From assembly GCA_947628635.1 (NCBI GenBank), contig CANRAX010000001.1:1-29773 (forward strand): a DNA stretch of 29,773 nucleotides, in the 5' to 3' direction. The stretch is from an uncultured Bacilli bacterium. GTDB taxonomy: Bacteria > Bacillota_I > Bacilli_A > RF39 > UBA660. Position numbers and translations under genes: made by a program. How positions within the stretch are numbered: position 1 is the first letter of the stretch; each line of letters starts with the position of its first letter. This document shows positions 25,401 through 29,773 of the stretch, in pieces. The notes below the pieces were generated by a model that was given only the letters and a program-made list of their open reading frames with translations, ran no database searches and had not been told where the DNA came from.

Positions 25401-26555
25401 TTAAAAAGCAGATTTATAAATATTAATTATATCTTGAACTGTTACGTTACGTGGATTACCTCCCGTACATACATCATTTATAGCTTGGTTAGCAAGAGTT
25501 GGAAGCATTGACTCAGGAATACCAATTTCACTTAAAGTTTGTGGAATATTTAATTTTTTTGACAATTGTTGAACAGCTTCTACAACTTTATTTACTGCTT
25601 CCTCGTCAGTTGTGTCTTTCATGTCTAGGCCAAAAGCACTGCCCATATTTCTAAATAATTCTGGGCAAACTTGACCATTAAACTTTAAAACATGAGGCAA
25701 TAAAAGAGCATTCGCTACTCCATGTGGAGTATCAAAATAAGCTCCTAATGAATGAGCCATTGAATGAACAATTCCCAAGCCAACATTAGAAAAGCCCATT
25801 CCAGCAATATATTGAGCATAAGCAACTTTTTCAACGGCAATATAATCTTTTTCGTTAGCAGCTTGTTCTAAATTTTTATAAATTAAAGCCATAGCATTAA
25901 TGTGAAACATATCAGGAATTAACCAACCTGCTTTAGTAATGTAACCTTCCATTGCATGAGTTAAAGCGTCCATTCCAGTTGAAGCAGCAATTGATTGAGG
26001 CATACCTTGCATTAAGTCTGGGTCAATAATTGATAATACCGGAATATCATGAACATCAACACAAACCATTTTTTTAGTATTGACTTCATCTGTTATAACG
26101 TAATTAATAGTTACTTCAGCAGCAGTTCCTGCCGTTGTAGGTAAAGCAATAATTGGTAAAGCTTTATTTTTAGTGCTAGTTACTCCATCTAAACTTACAA
26201 CATCTACATATTCAGGATTAGTCATAATAATACCAATTGCTTTAGCTGTATCAATGGTACTTCCTCCACCAACAGCAATTATGGCATTAACATTATTTAA
26301 TTGTGCCATCATTAAACCATCTTTAACATTTTTTACGTTAGGATTTGGTTTTACTCCGTCATAAATAAAATATACAGCACCAGATTTTTCAATATACTCA
26401 GTAACCATTTTAACTATGCCACTTTCAACTAAATTTCTATCAGTTACTAGTAAAACTTTTTTGAAACCTCTTGAAGATAATTCTTCTTGTAATTTTTCTC
26501 TTGCACCACGACCAAAATAAGATGTTTCGTTTAAAACAATTCTATTTATCATCAT
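25401..26555 (-). CDS. fucO: Iron-containing alcohol dehydrogenase, lactaldehyde reductase type
   Basis: NRIVLNETSYFGRGA start as in FucO, GGGS, PTTAGTAAEVT, GMDALTHAMEG, LGIVHSMAH and PHGVANA iron ligands. Extended -10 TGATATAAT at 26578-26586. Confidence 0.85.
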   Translation of the reverse strand: MMINRIVLNETSYFGRGAREKLQEELSSRGFKKVLLVTDRNLVESGIVKMVTEYIEKSGAVYFIYDGVKPNPNVKNVKDGLMMAQLNNVNAIIAVGGGSTIDTAKAIGIIMTNPEYVDVVSLDGVTSTKNKALPIIALPTTAGTAAEVTINYVITDEVNTKKMVCVDVHDIPVLSIIDPDLMQGMPQSIAASTGMDALTHAMEGYITKAGWLIPDMFHINAMALIYKNLEQAANEKDYIAVEKVAYAQYIAGMGFSNVGLGIVHSMAHSLGAYFDTPHGVANALLLPHVLKFNGQVCPELFRNMGSAFGLDMKDTTDEEAVNKVVEAVQQLSKKLNIPQTLSEIGIPESMLPTLANQAINDVCTGGNPRNVTVQDIINIYKSAF

Positions 26556-26625
26556 CTAGCCTCCCTATTCTTTAAATATTATATCATATTTTGCAAAGAA
26601 TTAAAGTGCTTTTTCAAAAAAGAAG

Positions 26626-26658
26626 AAAAAAATACATTTTTCATTTATAAAAAATGTA
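26626..26658 (-). terminator. Intrinsic terminator after tsaD
   Basis: TACATTTTT (26633-26641) and AAAAATGTA (26650-26658) followed on the minus strand by a T tract. Confidence 0.6.
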
Positions 26659-26664
26659 CTAAAA

Positions 26665-27669
26665 TTATTTTAACTCATCTTGTGACTTAGAATTTAATTT
26701 TAAATCAGCTATACGTCCGTCCTTATAAGCGTAATATCCAGCAGCAGCAATCATAGTAGCATTATCAGTACAATATTTTAGAGGCGGTATAGTTAAATCA
26801 ACATTTAATGTTGTAGCTAAATCTTGTAGTGCTTGGCGAAGGCCCTTATTTGCTGCAACACCACCTGCTAATATTATATGTTTTATATTTTTTTGCACTA
26901 TGGCTCTTTTTACTTTTGTAATAATAGCTTCAACTGCCACCGTTTGAAAAGAAGCAGCTAAATTTTCTTTGATTATAGTAGATTTGCGTTGTTCTTCATT
27001 ATGAACGAGGTTTATAACAGCGCTTTTCAAACCACTAAATGAAAAATTGTAACTATCATCTTTTAAAGGTACCGGCAGTTTATATGTGTTATGTCCACTT
27101 TCTGCTAGCTTATCAAGTTTAGGTCCACCCGGATATTCAAGACCAATTATTCTAGCTACTTTATCATAACATTCACCTATGGCGTCATCTAATGTACCAC
27201 CAATTTTTTTAAATTTATAGTGATTAGACATTTCTACAAGTTCTGTATGACCTCCACTTACTACTACGGCCAAAAGAGGAAATTGTAATTCTTTAACTAA
27301 ATTATTTGCATAAATGTGGCCAGCAATGTGATGAACAGGAATTAGAGGCTTATTATAAATAAAGGCTAACGTTTTAGCAGCTTCAAGACCTATTAAAAGA
27401 GAACCTATTAAACCTGGACCATATGTCACAGCAATAGCGGTAATATCATTCATAGATAGATTAGCCTTTGTTAAGCATTCTTCTAAGACGATAGTTATAT
27501 TTTTTACGTGCTGACGGCTAGCAATTTCTGGAACAACACCACCATAATTTTTATGTATGTCAATTTGTGAAGAAATAACAGTAGCAATATCTTCGGTACC
27601 ATTTTTAACAATAGCTACACTTGTTTCATCACAACTACTCTCAATTCCTAAAATGTATGTATCTTTCAT
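26665..27669 (-). CDS. tsaD: tRNA N6-threonylcarbamoyladenosine biosynthesis protein TsaD
   Basis: LGIESSCDETS, YGGVVPEIASRQH, GPGL, HHIAGH, SGGHT, DDAIGE, FSFSGLK, GGVAAN and CTDNATMI. Confidence 0.97.
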   Translation of the reverse strand: MKDTYILGIESSCDETSVAIVKNGTEDIATVISSQIDIHKNYGGVVPEIASRQHVKNITIVLEECLTKANLSMNDITAIAVTYGPGLIGSLLIGLEAAKTLAFIYNKPLIPVHHIAGHIYANNLVKELQFPLLAVVVSGGHTELVEMSNHYKFKKIGGTLDDAIGECYDKVARIIGLEYPGGPKLDKLAESGHNTYKLPVPLKDDSYNFSFSGLKSAVINLVHNEEQRKSTIIKENLAASFQTVAVEAIITKVKRAIVQKNIKHIILAGGVAANKGLRQALQDLATTLNVDLTIPPLKYCTDNATMIAAAGYYAYKDGRIADLKLNSKSQDELK

Positions 27670-27755
27670 GCTATCACTTCCAATTTCCGCTAATATTTTA
27701 GCATATTTTAAAAGATTACGCTACTTCTTAAGAAAAAATTTAATTTAAAATATTT

Positions 27756-28154
27756 TTATTTATACTTTCTTTCCATTAATATACCATCTATACCATTATA
27801 ATAATTTTGACGAATAGCTATTTTTTTAAAACCACATTTTTCATATAACTTTATAGCTGGTATATTATCAATTCTTACTTCTAAAGTTACATCTTTTTTT
27901 AGAAATTGCAAAAAAGATTGCAATAGCTTGGTGCCTTTTTGCTGATGACGATAATTTTCAACAATCTCAATTTGATTAATTTCTGCTCTTTCATAAATAT
28001 CACTATAATAAATATAACCTATAATTTCCTCTTTTTCTTGCAAAACCATATATCTGCCAAATGGATTATGTCGCAAATTTTCTAAAACAATATCTTTTTT
28101 TAAAAAAGAATTATCTATTTTAGATAAATTCTTTTCTGTTAATTCAAAGACCAT
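27756..28154 (-). CDS. rimI: RimI-like GNAT acetyltransferase
   Basis: YRHQQKGTKLL acetyl-CoA motif, LEVRIDNIPAIKLYEKCGF and RQNYY. Sits between tsaB and tsaD. Confidence 0.85.
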   Translation of the reverse strand: MVFELTEKNLSKIDNSFLKKDIVLENLRHNPFGRYMVLQEKEEIIGYIYYSDIYERAEINQIEIVENYRHQQKGTKLLQSFLQFLKKDVTLEVRIDNIPAIKLYEKCGFKKIAIRQNYYNGIDGILMERKYK

Positions 28155-28770
28155 TTTTTTCTTCAGCCTCAGTTAATTTTAAATATTCAGGATTTATAGT
28201 ATGAGGATTTATTGGCTCTTTATTTTTATAATATTTAATAATTTTTAAAAAATTTGGATCATAAGTTTTTTTGGCTGGAAAGGCTTCTAAGTCATCATTA
28301 GAAATAACTTCATAAGAACCTATTCCTTCCATTTTTTGAAGTAATATTTCAATTTTTATATGTTGTGGTGGCAAAATTTCGGCCATATTGGTGTCATAAA
28401 TGGCAGCAAAAACATAATTTCTTCTTGCGTCTAAAACAGGAATATGAATTAAATCATCAGTTGTAGATAGAGCCATAGCAGATAGAGAAGAAATAGTTGT
28501 TATAGGAATATTTAAAGACCATGCATATACCTTAGCAATGGTAATACCTATTCTGATACCAGTAAATGAACCAGGTCCATTCACAACAATTATTTTATTT
28601 ATTTCTTTTGGATCGATATTAGTTTTGGTAAACATTTCGACAATTTCAGTTAAGGCTTCTTCAGATAAAGTGTGCCCAAAATCTTTTTTTACTTCGCAAA
28701 GAAGCTCTGTATCAGTAGCAATAGCCGAATATAGATAACTAGAAGAGGTATCTATATATAGATATTTCAT
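28144..28770 (-). CDS. tsaB: t6A biosynthesis protein TsaB
   Basis: LYIDTSS, GPGSFTGIRIG and DARR. True start is probably ATG 28770, overlapping the tsaE stop (ATGA). Confidence 0.95.
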   Translation of the reverse strand: MKYLYIDTSSSYLYSAIATDTELLCEVKKDFGHTLSEEALTEIVEMFTKTNIDPKEINKIIVVNGPGSFTGIRIGITIAKVYAWSLNIPITTISSLSAMALSTTDDLIHIPVLDARRNYVFAAIYDTNMAEILPPQHIKIEILLQKMEGIGSYEVISNDDLEAFPAKKTYDPNFLKIIKYYKNKEPINPHTINPEYLKLTEAEEKNGL

Positions 28771-29225
28771 AAAACAGCTCCACAAAGTTCTTCATATTTT
28801 TTACCATATGGTGTAATTATTATAATACGTTTATTTTCATCTTCCTCAGAACTTTTAATTTTGATATCTAAGCGTTTTTCTGGTAAATAATCTTCAATCA
28901 TATCAGCCCATTCAATAATAGTTATACCCTTTTTAGTAAAATATTCTTCAATACCTAAATCTTCAATTTTACCATCAAGACGGTAAACATCCATATGATA
29001 TAAAGGCATATCTCCGGAAGTGTACTCTTTAATAATATTAAAAGTTGGAGAGGTAATTTCCTCTTTAATTTCCATAGCACTAGCAAAGCCTTTGGTAAAA
29101 ACTGTTTTACCACTACCTAAATCACCACGTAAACAGATTACCATGTTAGGAAATTTTTCAGATTCAATATTTTGAGCAAGCTCAATTGTTTCTTCTTCTG
29201 AATAAGTTGTTATTTTATAATCCAT
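28767..29225 (-). CDS. tsaE: t6A biosynthesis ATPase TsaE
   Basis: LRGDLGSGKT, ITSPTFNI, HMDVYRL and IEWAD. Start is probably ATG 29225 after AGGTG. Confidence 0.95.
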   Translation of the reverse strand: MDYKITTYSEEETIELAQNIESEKFPNMVICLRGDLGSGKTVFTKGFASAMEIKEEITSPTFNIIKEYTSGDMPLYHMDVYRLDGKIEDLGIEEYFTKKGITIIEWADMIEDYLPEKRLDIKIKSSEEDENKRIIIITPYGKKYEELCGAVL

Positions 29226-29252
29226 TTCTATCACCTACAAATTATTATAATC

Positions 29253-29276
29253 AAAAAAAAAGAGTAACACAACTCT
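29253..29276 (-). terminator. Intrinsic terminator after the TldD/PmbA gene
   Basis: Minus-strand AGAGT-TGTGTT-ACTCT followed by T8. Confidence 0.65.
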
Positions 29277-29284
29277 ATTTTATG

Positions 29285-29773
29285 TTAATTGCTAGAAATT
29301 GACATATTTTCTATTAAAAGTTTTGGAGAAGCTGTTGTCGATGTTTTAAATTCTTTAGTCGGTCCAATTTCTTTTATGTTGTTAAACATTTCAAAAATGG
29401 TAGTAGTTAATATACATGGTTCAAAAGTAGAAATAATTTGGCCATTTTCAATTATATAACCATATATTTGAACTGATATAGTACCTGTTGTTGGATTTAA
29501 AGTAATTCCACCTGTATCTTGATATTTACTAATATAAAGACCATTTTTTAATTTTTCTAAAATATTTTTAGATTGCTTATTTTCTTTAATATAAACATTT
29601 ACAGCTGAAATACCATTACCAAAAGCATTGCCTGTTGAAGACTTTTTATCTATAAGAGCTTCTTTGTTATTATAAAGGTAGGTCTTTAAAACACCATTTT
29701 TTACTAGATCTTTTTTTAAAGTTGGAGTTGCTTCATTATCAAACTTTGTGTAACTAGGATAATTTCTGTTAGT
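29285..29773 (-). CDS. TldD/PmbA-family metallopeptidase (partial, C-terminal 162 aa; absent from the supplied ORF track)
   Basis: Manual translation from the window edge: ...FDNEATPTLKKDLVKNGVLKTYLYN...SSTGNA...GYIIENGQI...FEMFNNIKEIG...SPKLLIENMSISSN*. Confidence 0.85.
   Translation of the reverse strand, partial: TNRNYPSYTKFDNEATPTLKKDLVKNGVLKTYLYNNKEALIDKKSSTGNAFGNGISAVNVYIKENKQSKNILEKLKNGLYISKYQDTGGITLNPTTGTISVQIYGYIIENGQIISTFEPCILTTTIFEMFNNIKEIGPTKEFKTSTTASPKLLIENMSISSN

Noticed and set aside
316-28738. Short opposite-strand ORFs in the track (316-498, 1867-2163, 4323-4547, 6006-6194, 11157-11429, 13572-13787, 16471-16653, 16741-17055, 22540-22779, 22780-22980, 23165-23449, 24311-24628, 25086-25286, 26173-26364, 27557-27748, 28538-28738)
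   Set aside because: They lie antisense to, or out of frame within, well-supported genes, show the F/L/I/S-rich composition of shadow frames, and have no motifs.
1-29773. CRISPR arrays, tRNA/rRNA genes, riboswitches, IS elements
   Set aside because: No regularly spaced repeats, cloverleaf/T-arm signatures, recognisable aptamer or transposase found by eye. Intergenic gaps are short and mostly explained, but a covariance-model scan was not possible.

Overview
Very AT-rich chromosomal window from a low-GC Firmicute/Bacilli-like genome. An RF39-like gut lineage is a guess; genes end in TAA/TAG/TGA and use TGG for Trp, so code 11. All family names come from motifs recognised by eye, not from database searches. 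Left to right: the end of a NitT/TauT-type ABC operon; a decayed minus-strand stretch (relics of RhuM/Fic-like and cupin genes plus two orphan ORFs); a membrane-anchored XRE regulator with a DUF4097 gene; a YtrA-type GntR-ABC operon with a perfect palindromic operator; a second XRE-membrane gene; an MmcQ/YjbR-EVE-like fusion; a CiaRH-like two-component system followed by htrA and a MacB/FtsX-type ABC pair; ttcA; an orphan/double-HTH pair; an aryl-sulfate sulfotransferase; a BI-1/DUF975-CmpB/metallophosphoesterase operon; a signal-peptide-bearing phage tail-fibre-like protein with a divergent XRE gene; a fucO-FIST pair; tsaE-tsaB-rimI-tsaD; and a partial TldD/PmbA gene. I saw no rRNA, tRNA, CRISPR array, transposase or integrase. 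The two strongest hits are (1) an exported, HxH-containing tail-fibre needle protein with no phage context, under an apparent repressor switch, and (2) a WTTAAT-N5-TTTAAT box exactly 10 bp upstream of a -10 element at three consecutive promoters, the same geometry as the streptococcal CiaR regulon.
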